Source: Leucoraja erinacea | Lineage: Eukaryota | Direction: 5' to 3' | DNA length: 64,000 bases | NCBI RefSeq assembly: GCF_028641065.1 | Contig: NC_073378.1 | Span: 108,252,001-108,316,000 of the forward strand | Notes under the pieces: model-generated | Databases searched by the model: none | The model's input: the letters and a program-made list of their open reading frames with translations, nothing else | What the model was told of the DNA's origin: nothing | In this document: piece after piece, positions 12,540-25,650 of the stretch | Position numbering within the stretch: position 1 is the stretch's first letter | Layout: each line of letters opens with the position of its first letter | Program-made: the position numbers and the translations under genes

Positions 12540-13830
12540 GGCCCAACCATACAGCATGGGAATAGGCCTTTCTGCCCAACTCATCCTGCCCAACAAAGAC
12601 GCCACATTAAAATAGTCCCATTTGCCTGTGGATGGCCCATATTCCTCGAAATCCTTTCTTTCCATGTACCTGTGTAAGTGTGGTTTAAATGCTCTTAAAG
12701 TACCTCCCTCAACTACCTCCTCTGACAGCTCATTACATATAAACCAGTATCCTCCGAGTTAAAAAATTGCCCTTCACTTTCTTTAAATCCCTTCCCTCTC
12801 ATCTTCAGCATGTGCCCTTCTTGATTCACTGATCCTGGGAGAAATGAGTTTAAATATCTCTATAAGAGCACCCGTCAGCCTCCTGCACTACAAGGAAACA
12901 ATTCCTAGCCAACCGAACCTTTCCAGAAAGCTCAGGCCCTCGAGTCCTGGCAACATCCTCGTAAATTTTCTCTGCACTCTTTCCAGCTTAACAGCACCCT
13001 TCCTGTAGCAGGAAGACAATTCTCCAACTGAGGCTCAACAGTGCAACTCTAGTGCAACTGTAACATAATATCCCAACTTCAACTTCATGTTCAATTTTCA
13101 GGTGATGTGAAAACTGGTTGTGCTGGTGATACTGTGGAGGGTAGTCTTTGCCTCTAAATGAATAGGGAAGACAGAGCAACAGCAGGTGGAATTTAATCCT
13201 AAAGTGATCTAATGCATATTGGAAAGAATCCTTAGGCTAGGATATATGTGATGAATGGTCGGACCAGAGGAACTACTGTGGAACTGACACATCTTCAAAT
13301 AGATGCCCAACAATCCCTGAGAACAGGTAGATAACGGGTTTTAAATGAATATTGGGTATTTGCTTTCATTAGGTTGGGAATAGAAAGAGTACGTAATGGT
13401 ACAATCTTTGGTTGGACCTCAGTTGGAATATTGTGTGCAGGTTACGTGCAGCACATTACAGGATGGGGATGAGTGCATTGAAAAGGGAGCAGAGTAGATC
13501 CTCCAGGCTGTCACCTGGGATTGAGGGGGGACTGGATGTTTCCCCTGAGGCAGACATGGATCCTGGTACAAGTTTACAAAATGATGTGGGGCATGGATTG
13601 GGTACACTGCAAGAGGCTTCTCCCCCACTAGTGGGAACAGGATTTTGGTGAGGATTAGAGATCTGAGGAAGATGTTTTTCAGTGGGATGAGGCTGTGTGT
13701 TGAGGGTGTGGTTGAGGCAGAGGCTTTGCGATATATCTGGACATTGACATTGGAGGCAATGGATCAGCAGAGGGTTGGCATGGGGATAGGGCTTGGACCG
13801 CTCGGATTCTCTCTCCATGGATGTTGCCTG
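12540..13830. mobile_element. Two decayed CR1 3' fragments (about 12540-13100 minus, 13170-13830 plus)
   Basis: CR1-like segments ctcaggccctcgagtcctggcaacatcctcgtaaat (minus) and gttggacctcagttggaatattgtgtgcag (plus). Confidence 0.65.
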
Positions 13831-13850
13831 AACTAGTTGATGATGTTTCA

Positions 13851-15130
13851 CCCCCCCCCCCCCCATTTCTCACTCAGACCACCTCTCTCCCTACCCCAAC
13901 CCCCCCCAAAATCCCACCTTCTCCCCCAACACCCCCCCCCTCGCCCCCAACCCCATCATGCCCGATCCACCCCCATCCGTACTCCACCCCCCATCCCCCC
14001 GCTCCTGCCCCCAACACAGTCCCCCCCAGCCTACTCCACCCCCCAACCAGTCCCCCCCACCCCATCCCCACTCCACCCCCCCACTCAACCCCATCCCCAC
14101 CATCCCCATCACTACTCCACCCCCATCCCTCCATACCCCCATTCCCGAACCACCCATCCTACTCCACCCCCCATCCCCCATCCCTACTCCACCCCATTCC
14201 GCTTACTCCACTCACCATCCCTACCCACCACCCACCCCATTCCTACTATCCACCCCATCCCACATCACAATCCAAACCGCCGAACCTCCCTTCGCCCCGG
14301 TCCTCCACCGGTGCATCCGCGGCCCGCCGACGCGCCCACGATAGCTTCCCCCGAGTTTCCGATCCTCATGTCCAGACAACTGAGCGGTTTCCCCGTGAGT
14401 TTAAAGCGCGGGCGGATGACGGCGTTCCCGCAGTCAGTTCAGCAACAGAATTATAAGAAGGCTGTTGGTTTACAGGCGGCAGGCGGGCGCTGTCTCAACA
14501 GCAGTTCCCCAATCCCCTCCTCCAGATCACTACTAGAGGACATCACCTGCTCTAGTACTTCTTTGGTCCCCACATCCCTACCACCCCCATCCCCATTGGA
14601 CATACACAATCACTATCCACCCCCCATCTCTGGGTTGGACCCAGTTGCTTCCATCCCACTCCAGGAGTTATGGGTCTCAAAAAAAACCCCCCCCCATCCC
14701 TACACTGTTGGACCCCCATCAGTGTGTTCGCGAACCTACTCACCCCCAATCCCTACTGTGAAGGCAACTCCAAAGGTCCCCATTGATCCAACTTTGCCCC
14801 CATCCTCTCCACCCATTTTCCCCCATGCATACTCCACACCCCATCATAATCCAGGCCCCACACTGTGGATCTGATCCCCCCCTCCCTACTCCACCCCCAG
14901 ATCCCTAGGGATCCCTACTCAATACCCTACCAAATCCCCTCCTACTGAAATACTACTCCACGTAACTCCACCACAATACTCAGCACCTCCTTTGCAGCTC
15001 ATTGCATTCTCCACACCCCCAATGTCTTTGTCGGTCATACTCGCAACAGCCCCCCCAATAACTACGCCACCCCCATACAATGCACGTTCCCTACTGCTAT
15101 ATATACGCACCACATTCACCTAACACCCAT
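13851..15130 (+). repeat. C-rich degenerate array built on (C)TACTCCACCCC motifs
   Basis: Motif recurs near 13980, 14032, 14112, 14160, 14184, 14830 and 14887; it generates spurious Pro/Gly ORFs. Confidence 0.75.
14277..14500 (-). promoter_or_regulatory. Candidate FASTKD3 promoter and non-coding exon 1
   Basis: CpG-dense island inside the C-rich array, GC/E2F-like gcgcgggcgg, and a possible minus-strand donor GAG|gttcgg at 14286/14285. The coding exon's acceptor lies 12 nt before the ATG, which requires an upstream exon. Confidence 0.5.
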
Positions 15131-15837
15131 GAAGACCCACCCCAGGCCCAGACTGCAGATGCTGGAATCACTTGACATCCGAAAGGCCAACCGACAGCCT
15201 GGAAGTTACGCTCAGATAAATGACCGCCTCCGGAGTTGACAGCTTCCGTGGAAGATAGAGGGTTTGGGTTAATGTCCCAACAATCCCAACAAAGGGGAGT
15301 GCCCTAGATCTTTCGTCCGTTTGAGCAAAGGATAGGATCTATGGTTGGATTCTTAAGCAAAAAACATGAGAACCAGTGGGTCGAGTGGGGCAAGGGTCCA
15401 ACTGTCGGAGCGGTTCAAGAAGTAGGTGCCACACGGACAGAGGAGATGGATTAACAAATAGTGGGCGTAAACTAAAGCCTCCTTTGCCCTGTATTGATCC
15501 TGTCTTGGCTATACCTTACAATGCACGTTCCACATGATACAGGTGAGGCTGGAGTGTTTGGAAAGAGCTTGGTGACAGGCTTCATCAGATGGGCGATAGG
15601 GGTCTTCAAAAGATGGGCCTGGGGAGATCAAAGTAGAAAGAATAGGTGTGCAGGACAAAGCTGGCCATGTGAGGCTGGCCTGTCTTCTCTCACCTTAGCA
15701 TCGCCATTCAATAGGGTGATTTCCACGAAAGGGGTTACTGGAAAACATAGAAACAGCGGAGTAGATTTGGCCTCGAAACCCCAGCTTGACCGAAAATTTG
15801 AAGTCACCGAACTGTCAGCTGTCAATTGGACAAAATC

Positions 15838-16078
15838 AGGACATTTTATTATTTTCCAAAATATCTTTCTCAATGTTCTTGTTTAAAGGCTGCACATCCA
15901 CATTCACCCAAACTACTTATTTATTTTATTTCTTTAATCCATCGAATACATTCCTATGCTGCAGGCTTGTCTGTTATTAGATGATAAAGAAATAAATAAA
16001 TAAAGTAGTTTGGGTGATAGTGCAGGCTTTATAAACAGAAACATTGAGAAATATATTTTGGAAATAATAAAATGTCCT
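15838..16078. repeat. Imperfect inverted repeat, arms about 100 bp, spacer about 35 bp
   Basis: aggacattttattattttccaaaatat... is mirrored by ...atattttggaaaataataaaatgtcct. Confidence 0.85.
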
Positions 16079-16379
16079 AAGCCTAAGAGGTAAATCTAAC
16101 TCTCTCTTGAAACATTTTCAGTAAATTTTGCCTCCACTTGCTTTATCTGTGACAGAGATTCCACAAATGCACAACTCTCTGGTGTGAAAAGGTTGGAAGA
16201 TTGAGCTTCATTTACGGATCATGTTAGCACGGAAAACATTCGCCCACCCGGCACACAGATAAAACCCCAGCTTGTTAATTATCGTCCAAAGGGTAGTGTG
16301 TGGTCTCTCACTCATGTACTGCTGCATTCATTTGGCATATCTTCCCGCAGGTTTTTAGCAGAAAAGTTACAGATAACAG

Positions 16380-16820
16380 CGCCCCTGCACCGCCCGAGAT
16401 AGCCCCAGCACTCTACGCCACTGATCCCTTGCCGGGGACAACTGCCCGACCACCCGCCTGACGTCACCGCGCTGCACCCGCCTCCCCTTCGTCATTGGCT
16501 CACTACCGTCGTCCTCCAGACGCGATTGGACAGTGGTGCTGTCCATCAGGGGTGGGGGGGCCATTGGCGCACTTCCGCCTGGGGTCGATGTTGCGAGTGA
16601 GTGGAACGATTGAGTGTATCCAGGGGGAGTTCCATCTACTCTCACTGCTCACACACAAGCCGCTCACCACCAGCCGTGCCGCCCACACTGTCGTCTCTCT
16701 CACCCAGCGGGGTTTTCACTATTGTTATATCGTTTCTCAGTCAGCTGAGGGCCACTTCTTCCGCGGCTCCCATCGAATAGAGACCATTTGTCGTAATCAG
16801 TCCACCAACGTAAGGTAACA
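16380..16820. promoter_or_regulatory. CpG-rich promoter-like element
   Basis: Full CRE TGACGTCA (about 16459-16466), three ATTGG (CCAAT) boxes (about 16494, 16524, 16563), ETS-like ACTTCCG (about 16571) and GC boxes. Confidence 0.55.
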
Positions 16821-19189
16821 CACGTGTAGGAAAAGGAAGTGCAGATAGATGCTGGTTTACACGAAGACCGAAGAAAGACACAACGTGCTAGAGTAACTGG
16901 AGTAACTGGAGTCAGGGTCGGGCAACAATCTCTGGAGAAAGGAGTAGGTGACATTTCGGTGATCGCTGACCCGTCTTCACCTTATTCCTTTTCTCCATAT
17001 GATGTCTGTTCTGAGACACTTATGAGTTACTCCAGCTCTTGTGTGCCTATCTTAAGGTGACAGGGGTTCAAGCAAAGATCCTATAGCTATCAGGGTCTTT
17101 GGTTTCACAGGCCAAGGCAGTTATTGTCACATGTACCAATAAGCGGTTGGTATTCCGAAAAAAACGCAAGGAACTCATGGGATTTGTCAAAGGTCCTCGC
17201 GATAACACCCCCCGACAACCGTGCCGCCGCATGCACATGGACCCGCGCCCAATCACAGCCAGGTTGACCGCCAACCGTCCCCGTTCTGCCCGGTACCCCA
17301 ATCCCGGCGTTGGAGAAGACGGCGACCCCGGAGAACGCACCATTCCCGCCGCGGGCGGCCCAGGACCGGAGAAAGACGACAGTGCCAATTCCACCCCTGC
17401 CTCCATGCTGGGTTAACCAACAGCCCAAACCGGTTTCACGCGGAAAAGCGGGCCGACACACTGGCCAGAGGGGGCCACGGGTACAGCCGCCCAGGCAGGG
17501 AAAGGGAAACTGGGAGGGACAACAGCCAAGCATCAACTCAACCAGTGCCAGAGACCCAGGACTGAGAATGATTATCGCGAGTGACCCATGATCTGTATGA
17601 GCATGTGCAGTCGGAATACCGAACTCCTATTAAGGTACAGTGAAATTTCGAATTACCAACATGTTGTTTCTGACGTTACTGGACGGCTGGCGGTTTATGC
17701 TGCATGAGGTTGGATTGTCGAGGATTTGCCAGGGTCCACTTGTCAAAAGAGATTTACACTCGTTTGACTCACACGGTAACGTACATAAATTGCAAAGAAG
17801 ATCCGAAGCCAGGGTTGTGCCTCCATTGTGTAGTGAGGGGAGTGTGTAAAACTAGTGTGGTGAATGGATGATGATTGATGGGGGGCATGAACTTGGTGGG
17901 CCCAGGGGCCTGTTTCCATGTTGTATTTTAAACTAAACACCACCTCTTTTTACCCTTTCAACCTCTTGCTTATTCAGCTTTATACTACAATCAGTACAGG
18001 AAAGGTTCCCAACTGAAACGTTGCCGGTCCATTCCCTCCACAAAATGCCGCCTAATCCAACAGTTTCTTTTAGCAGAGTTAATGTTTGTCAGCGCTGTAA
18101 TTACTTTATCTCAAACCAACATGAATGATGCTTACAGAAGATTTTCATCATAAACTACAATTTATTTAACAAATGCAGTATTATGTAATTTCAATTGATC
18201 AATTATGGCTGTCTATGTATTTGGGGGATTAGTGAATTGGGCGGGGGAAAGGGAACACTGAAGGAAAGGCGATTCCAAGGACATGGCAAGATTGGTGACT
18301 AAGACAGAGTTGAAATGAGGGTACACAAAAAATGCTGGAGGAACCAACATCCAGCGAGTGCCCAGCAGCTGCCATTCTATGTGAGCTGAAGGAAATATGG
18401 TCCAACACTTGTGTGCGCGAACACCGCTCGTTCAGGACTGATTTTTCCAGCATCTGCAGTTCTCTTTTCAAACCACAGTTGAAATGATGGTGGGCAGTGT
18501 TCTGGTTTCTGATCACTGTTTAAAAATATTTATAAATAACAGCTTTAAGACACATTTGTCACTGTACTGAGTTGAAAATCTGACCCCATTTTTTCAGGCG
18601 CGTTGCGGATTACTAGAATAGATGTCTATCACTCAACGCTGAATCTGATGTTTTATTGTTAGTACATGCACAGGCATATTCTCAGCCAAACATTTCATCT
18701 GGGAGAACTTTTTCTCTCTGATTTGTGCTGGAATTTAATGAGACTTCCTCAGAGAAGAAAGGGCTTGACTCCAGGCAGCATACTCCAATTGTATGGGAAT
18801 GCCATTGTTTTGGAGATGTCCATTTTTATACCTGAGGTTTTGTCAATTGAGTTTCTAATTATCGTTTGCCTCGCGTGGAAGATTTTAATGGAATTAATTC
18901 AAACAGAAAATGTGGCATAATTTTTCTACAGCATTCTCTTCGCACATTAGTTGAACACCACAGAACTTTACACAGGGCAATATCCCTATTATTTAATAGT
19001 GAACACAAGGGCAATACTCCAAAAATGTGTTGAACGGAAGCGGCTCTAAGGGAGGAGTAACAACCCCAAACAATGGAGCACCTAGGGCAATTCTGCCAAC
19101 GGTCGCTAAAAACCAAATGGCTATCGATAGAAGGTTGGATTTTGGTTTAGGTAGCTCTGCTTAGTTTTTTATAATTTCTGTTTTAAACC

Positions 19190-19760
19190 AAAGCCAGGAT
19201 AGACAGCAAAAGCTGGATTGTACTCAGCGGGACAGGCCAGCATTCTCTGGAGGAGATGGATAGGTGGGTGACATTTTCGGGTCGACACTTCTTCAACTGG
19301 TTGGGGTCTGGTGGTCCGAGTGGAAGGGCGGCTAGATATTTCGTGACAAGTGGATGTGGAGAGAGAATGACACACTGATGAACGATATGCAAAAGTATGA
19401 TATGATTGAATCAGGCATTGTTAGCTGTTTGTAGGCGAAACAGAATCTAGCCGTGACTTGGGTTGGGAGAGAGATAGAAGAGAGTGAATGCCTTGGGACT
19501 ACTGAAGTGGATAAATCATCATTGATACAGCCACTGGGCTATAAATGCCCCAGCGAAATATGAGATCTGTTCCTCCAATCTCTCGGACTTTAGCCTCTCT
19601 CTGACATCATGGAGGATCCCTACGGCAGAAAGGTCTGTGGGGGAAAGGGGATGGGAGCATGGAGAATTAAATGTGTTCAAGCAACCGGGAGCGTCATGTA
19701 GGTCACCACTGGCTTATTTTCTGACAATCATCATGGCGCCCATCCTGCCGTTTGGGTCTC
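19190..19760 (-). mobile_element. Degraded Penelope-like 3' fragment
   Basis: Terminal-repeat motif tactcagcgggacaggccagcattctctggag...gggtcgacacttcttca plus GIY-YIG tail remnants. Confidence 0.5.
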
Positions 19761-20015
19761 GCGATATATAAGAGGTCCACAGTCTTGAAACACGGGATCC
19801 GTATATGATGTTTGGAGGATGTGCAAGTTTAACCTCTGCCCTAACATGAAAAGGATTGGTCGGACGGTACATGGACAGAGTGTGATAGAGTAGTATAGGA
19901 AAGGTGTTGGGCATCTTTTCATCTACTCCTCGTTTGTTATTTCTTCTCCATAAGTCTCTGAACCTGCAGTTCCTTCTTAAACAAGCCTGGGTTCTTGATT
20001 TTATTACTGATCTGG

Positions 20016-20115
20016 NNNNNNNNNNNNNNNNNNNNNNNNNNNNNNNNNNNNNNNNNNNNNNNNNNNNNNNNNNNNNNNNNNNNNNNNNNNNNNNNNNNNN
20101 NNNNNNNNNNNNNNN
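20016..20115. other. Assembly gap (100 N)
   Basis: Run of exactly 100 N, typical of a scaffold gap of unknown size. Confidence 0.99.
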
Positions 20116-23100
20116 TCTGGGTAGTCCGGAGTTTCTGCCCCACGTGAAATACATTGGGGATTAATTGGCTCCAATAGAGTATGGTTTTTCCACATGACAT
20201 AGTAGGATTTACGGTTTCGGATGGGAATATCAAAATTATTCGCTGGCAGAAAGAGAAAATATGTCTGATAACAATGGCTTTGTTTCTCATTGTTTTCATT
20301 GGACCTTAACCCAAATAAACCACTGCCTATACGCGCGAACTGAGTGTCGGCAGCGCCCCGCCCTGTCACCGCTACAGGCAAGCAAAGAGGTGCCACCCAG
20401 AAAAAATCTACAAAAATTACCTCTATCCCTGTTAATCTATTAAGGATTGCATTCATATTTCCACTTCGTTTTGACTTGTAAAATGTTGCAAGTATAGCGC
20501 TGGCAGTAAGGTAAACAGATATTAGGCAACACAAACTATTTTTATTTGAAAATCTTAAATGGATTTTTCTTTTTAATCCAGGGCAAAAACAGCAGAAGAA
20601 AGTCGTGTGATGTCCTCCCAATGAGTGTCAGGAGAGCATCGCAGGATCATTCCTGAGCTGCGCTTGAGGTTTACTGGTGTGAAAGTCGCCCTCAGATACC
20701 GAACAGCGGATGTACAAGCGCAATGTTGTTATCACTGCTTGTAAAGTGCGTGTCTGGGATTGAATGGACCCCCTTCTTGCTGCTTTTTAAAAAATACTAT
20801 TGCCCACCCTCTTTTGCTGTTCATATTTTTGGCTCAAGTTGAAAAGATGTTGAGATTTCCTTTTGAAGGTTAAATTTCTGAAAATTTTTACCCGTATTTT
20901 GTATTTGTAACCATGTCCTCACGTGCTTTAAAATCCTGCAAGTGAAGCATTAAAGCTCAAGCACTAGCCCAAGTAGCATTGTGTTAATGCTCTCTGAACA
21001 TGATACTGACCACCATGTATGTGTCCAAGTGGGGCCTTCATTTTTGGTTTATATGTAGGACTTATATTAGTTCTTGTATTGAACTGGGGCCCATTTTAAC
21101 TGGAAATAATTGATGATTTCTTGAAGAGCCACACAAGAAGATTCTGTCTCAAACTGGAGAATGAAAGTCAATAGAAAAGGAATTGCCTTGCTTACTATTT
21201 AATGAAGTACTCAATGGTGGTTTCGTGTTAATGAAGTCTTGACACAAAGATTGCACGAATATCTTCTTAACATTCCAGGGCATACTCGTTGGGGATTCCA
21301 GCAAATGTAGCAGTAAAGTTGAGAAACCACATTTAATGATACACCTGAATGTCCTCTGCAAGACTGTACAAAATTAACAGGAGAACTTGTGTGTAAGTTG
21401 GTTAGGTTTGTCCATAAGGCCGCCTGATTGTGATGAATTAATCAGTGGACCAAGAACTAGTGGGAGTCATAGACAGTTTTTTAACGAAGAACTAAAGTTA
21501 GCGGGGAGTTTTGAACGAAAAATGATTTTCAACACTGTGGAGGGGACCGCAGGAAACCAATGGCATGTTCCAAACACCTTTGATGACAAAAGAAACTGCA
21601 AATGCTGTAACCTTGATCAAAACAAGTGCTGTAGGAATTCAGCGAGATCTCGTAGCATTTGGGGTGGTAATAGAGAACGACATGTCAGGGCCTAATCTGA
21701 AACGTCATCTATCATTCCAATCCACGGATGCTGCCTGACCCACGGATTCCTCAAGCACAGTTCTGGTTTTGATTTGTAGGGACAGTGTGGTATCAGAAAT
21801 TGAGTGTGCTGATAAAAACTGAAGTATAATGTGGAACTCGGCAACAGTAATTGTTTGAAAAAAAATCAATTATGCCCAGAGTGGTACTTAAACTCTTAAA
21901 AAGATGGTATGTGATGTGCAGTTTTTCTTTATTGAACTATTTACAATACATTATTATTCTTTATAGAGGAAATATCTGTATGTCCAAGTGTGCATCTGAC
22001 TATTTTTGATAGAGCAGAGAAAGTCAACTAGACCACCCCACCACCAATTGCCATCTAAAGGCAACAAATACCAAGTAAAGACGTACCAGCGGATATGCCA
22101 TTGTTGTGAATCACTACCACTATGATCTTACTAATAAACTGTCTTATCCAACAACCATAACAAGCTAATTATAAAAGAAAGAAAATGTAATTATGTAAAA
22201 TGAATTCCGCCAATTAGAACCTCTGAGATTATCAGAATTGGAACCAAGAGTAAATACTCGGAGATGCTATTTGATTTTAATGGATTAGGAACGTCTAGTC
22301 GTATTCTCAGAAAGCAGGGATGACGGGCTTTTGGCTATAATAGGAGAGTGCTACATCGTGCCATGTGTTAAAGTTACTCAGTTTACTCAAGCTGCGTATA
22401 TTGCACCAATTTTTCAAACTTATGACTCTATTTAGTTAAACTATAACCTAACTATTATCTGGATTAAACCATAACATCATTAAAGTATTAAAGGAATCGG
22501 GACATTGAGCTCCTTACAAAATCCCCGCCCCCCTCTTACCCACCCGCCGCCACCCCTCCCCATTAGTTTTAGTTATTATCTCTTCCTGGCACAAACCTGC
22601 ATTGTGAATGTTCAACCAAGTCTTGGTTGCATTGCAAATTCCAGTGTGAAAAGGCTACACTTTAGCATACGTGGAGTTAAGGATGACAACGAGGTTCAAC
22701 ATGGCACGTGAACCGTAACCGCAAGCAGGTGCGAACTCCCATACTTTATCTTGCCCTAGTGGCAAGAAAGTACAGGGAACACCATGGGGAGGTACTGGCC
22801 TTCGACAGTGCCGAGGCGTTGGCGATCTCTGGCTTGTTCGCAGTAGCTTAGTCCTATTCCTTCCTTCTGAAGGGGAATCTCATGCTTCTCTCTTGCCGTT
22901 TGCCCCTACTTGAGAGGAGTGACAGATGGTACAGGTTTTATTCTGGCAGTTTAGCCTCTTGGGCTTGGAGAGGCGGTGTGGCAATCTATGGATTATTGTG
23001 GCGGCCAGGTCTTTTGTGGTGTTGTAGTGCGGTGTATGTTTTTAGCTAGTTTGGGTAGAGCCGCATGCTGTCTAGTGCAATCGTGAGCCTGCGACGGGTG

Positions 23101-25379
23101 GCAATACTACTAGAAGGGATCAGAGCATAACACCCAAGGCAGAGGAAGACTGTCACATATAGTGAAAATGTGCAAACACAGAAAGCAAGGCGGTCATTTA
23201 AGCAATGAGCTCTTAGACTTGATTCATCTCCTGCACCAATACTTCTGTTGTTTTTAATACTCCTCTGCTTAGGAAAAAATGGTACTCTCTACCTACTCGT
23301 CGCGAAAGATCCCTCAATGTATTTTAAGAAAACCATTGGATAGTCTGCTCCATTGGAGTTTTCCTCGGCTCAGCAAGAGAAAACATTTCATCTTATCCAA
23401 TCTTCTAGCCCCCCCCAAAAGCTGTTGGAGTTGTTTGTATGTTGTAGTCCCGTCCAGTTAAAATCTGGCTTATTTGTAATTATAAATTGATACATTATGG
23501 GACCTTGGGCATTCTGGAAATTCACCAAGAGGAAATCATCACACAGTAAAATTTCTCCATGGGCAAATAGCCAACGACGAAATTTGACCTTTAATCAAAT
23601 AAGCAAAATAAGGTGTGGACTTTAAAGGATTTTAATAAAAGAATGAGAAAACTGAGCCATGACTTCTTTATCCCTCGCTCATTAAATTTATGTGCTATGG
23701 ACTTCACCGTCATTACCACTTCTCTTCTACTTGTTGCTGAATCTTGAGGAGTATGGTGTCATTTACAACACTAACCAGTACATGTGATTTTAGAGTTGCA
23801 TATAGGCCAGTCCATGTAAGATATCTGTGAATTTTACGGCTCTTTTATCTGGGGAGGTATTTAGTGTAGATGAGGGTGCCTGCAGCTGGGCATTTGCCAG
23901 TTTGGCTCTGAATTGGTGCTTAGTTGATGAAAGCGGAAGGGTTCACGGAAATTTTGCATGTTGGTACGATGCACAACAGTTCAACTTCGATGTTGTTACA
24001 TGCACATGCTACTTGGCCAAATGCTGAAATTAAAATAATTTTCTTTAATCATCCAGATTGACAATGGAACAATTGCCCCTGCCGCCGGCAAAAAAAGCCA
24101 TTCAGGAGGAAAGCAATCAGCTTTGATTACTTTGATGTTCCCTAGACTAAAGACATGCTGGTTTCTGAGTATATTTGGACGCCCAAAGCCTATAGAAAAT
24201 TATGGACAAGGAAGTAACGATTTTTATCAGTATAGCATGAATAAGAGAGCTGGTTACGTAAGGAGAGACCGTTTTGTCAAATCATAACTTCAATCAAATG
24301 ATAACAAAATGGGATTGCAAATCTCCACTTGTAGAATTATCAGAACATACATGGGAAACCGAGTGAACGAGCAGCTAGAATCAAGGGGCGGGATGAATTG
24401 TGTACTGTCGTGTTTCGGCTCAGCTCCCTCTGTGTTGCTTGCTGACAAGGACAATGCTGATCTATGGCTTATTTGTTTTCTCCCTGGTTGTGCTTTTGAT
24501 AAATCTGCTTCCCAGCGTGAACAAGGTTAAAAGGTAGTTGCTGTAATTCTGGATAGCAAAAAGTAATGAAATTACTTTGAACCATACTGACATGAGGCAT
24601 GTCTTACGATGTTAACATTGTGTTTGAAACCAACGCAGGGGAACCTACGCTCAGATATCGGGTTTTGTATATAGCAAGTAGTTAGCATTAAAGGATGATT
24701 CTTCATTTGAAACTTTTCATCCCAGTAATTACCAAGGCCACATTGGTTGTGGACTGTTGAAAAATTTCTCTCTTCGAACTGATTCAATGAGTAATTTGTT
24801 TTCCTTTGTAAACACACTTTTGGATAATGACATCTATCGTTGTCTCACATGGCTGTGCCCGATCTGTACCGTTGTGTTGTAGCACTTTTACTATGCATAG
24901 TTTAATGCCTTCTGAAAATGTGAGGATATGAGGGTAAGGTAAGTTATTGCAGAAACCTGGTCCGGAAATATAAATTGATAATTGTTTGGCCGTTAGTACG
25001 CGTTTTAACTTGTTGTTATTGTGATACATAGCAGGGGCACCTAATGTATTGGCACCGTAACTATTTACAATCTACTATTTTAATGAGTGAAAAATAAAGG
25101 GATGAGTGCACTGAGCAATTTAAATTTGGTGACCCCCCCCCCCAACCTAAAAGATAGGTCAGGGACATCTGTGACATTGGCCGCAAAGAATATTCTCCAA
25201 CTTCAAAGTAAGGGAACTACATTGGTTCCCTCTATGCATCCTGTCTTGTTACATTTACCTTTTATAACTCCTTAAACTACATTTTATCCATTAAAAACTC
25301 GCAGAATTACCCAGTCTTGGTACTTAACAAAATTGCGACCATGGGGTAAAAAAAAAAAGAAAAAACAAAAAATAAGCAA

Positions 25380-25650
25380 CAGCCACCAGTAGAGTTGCTG
25401 TATTACACAGCAACAGGGACCCGGTTTTGAACCTGGCCAATGAGCTGTTGTTTTACGGAGTTTGCATCGTGCTCCCCGTGACTGCGTTGGGGTTTACCTG
25501 GGAGCTGAGGTGACACTTCCCACACTCGAAAAGCTGTACAGGTTTTGTAGGATTTTTCAATTGGCTTTGTAAAGATTGTAACTGGTGCATAGTGTGGCGG
25601 GATATGTACTGTTTAGTGGATATGGGACGGCTGGTTGGCATCTGATCTCA
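25380..25650 (+). mobile_element. Degraded copy of the tRNA-derived SINE
   Basis: gtagagttgctg...acggagtttgcatcgtgctccccgtgactgcg aligns with 1140-1449. Confidence 0.65.

Noticed and set aside
13821-14874. Long Pro-rich and Gly-rich ORFs
   Set aside because: By-products of the C-rich array, open in several frames on both strands.
17099-17130. SQAKAV resembling the MTRR N-terminal GQAKAI
   Set aside because: The match is too short and the flanking residues do not fit MTRR.
20667-20710. GLLV...PQIP resembling the CHMP5 C-terminus
   Set aside because: It needs several edits and lies 43 kb upstream of CHMP5 exon 1.
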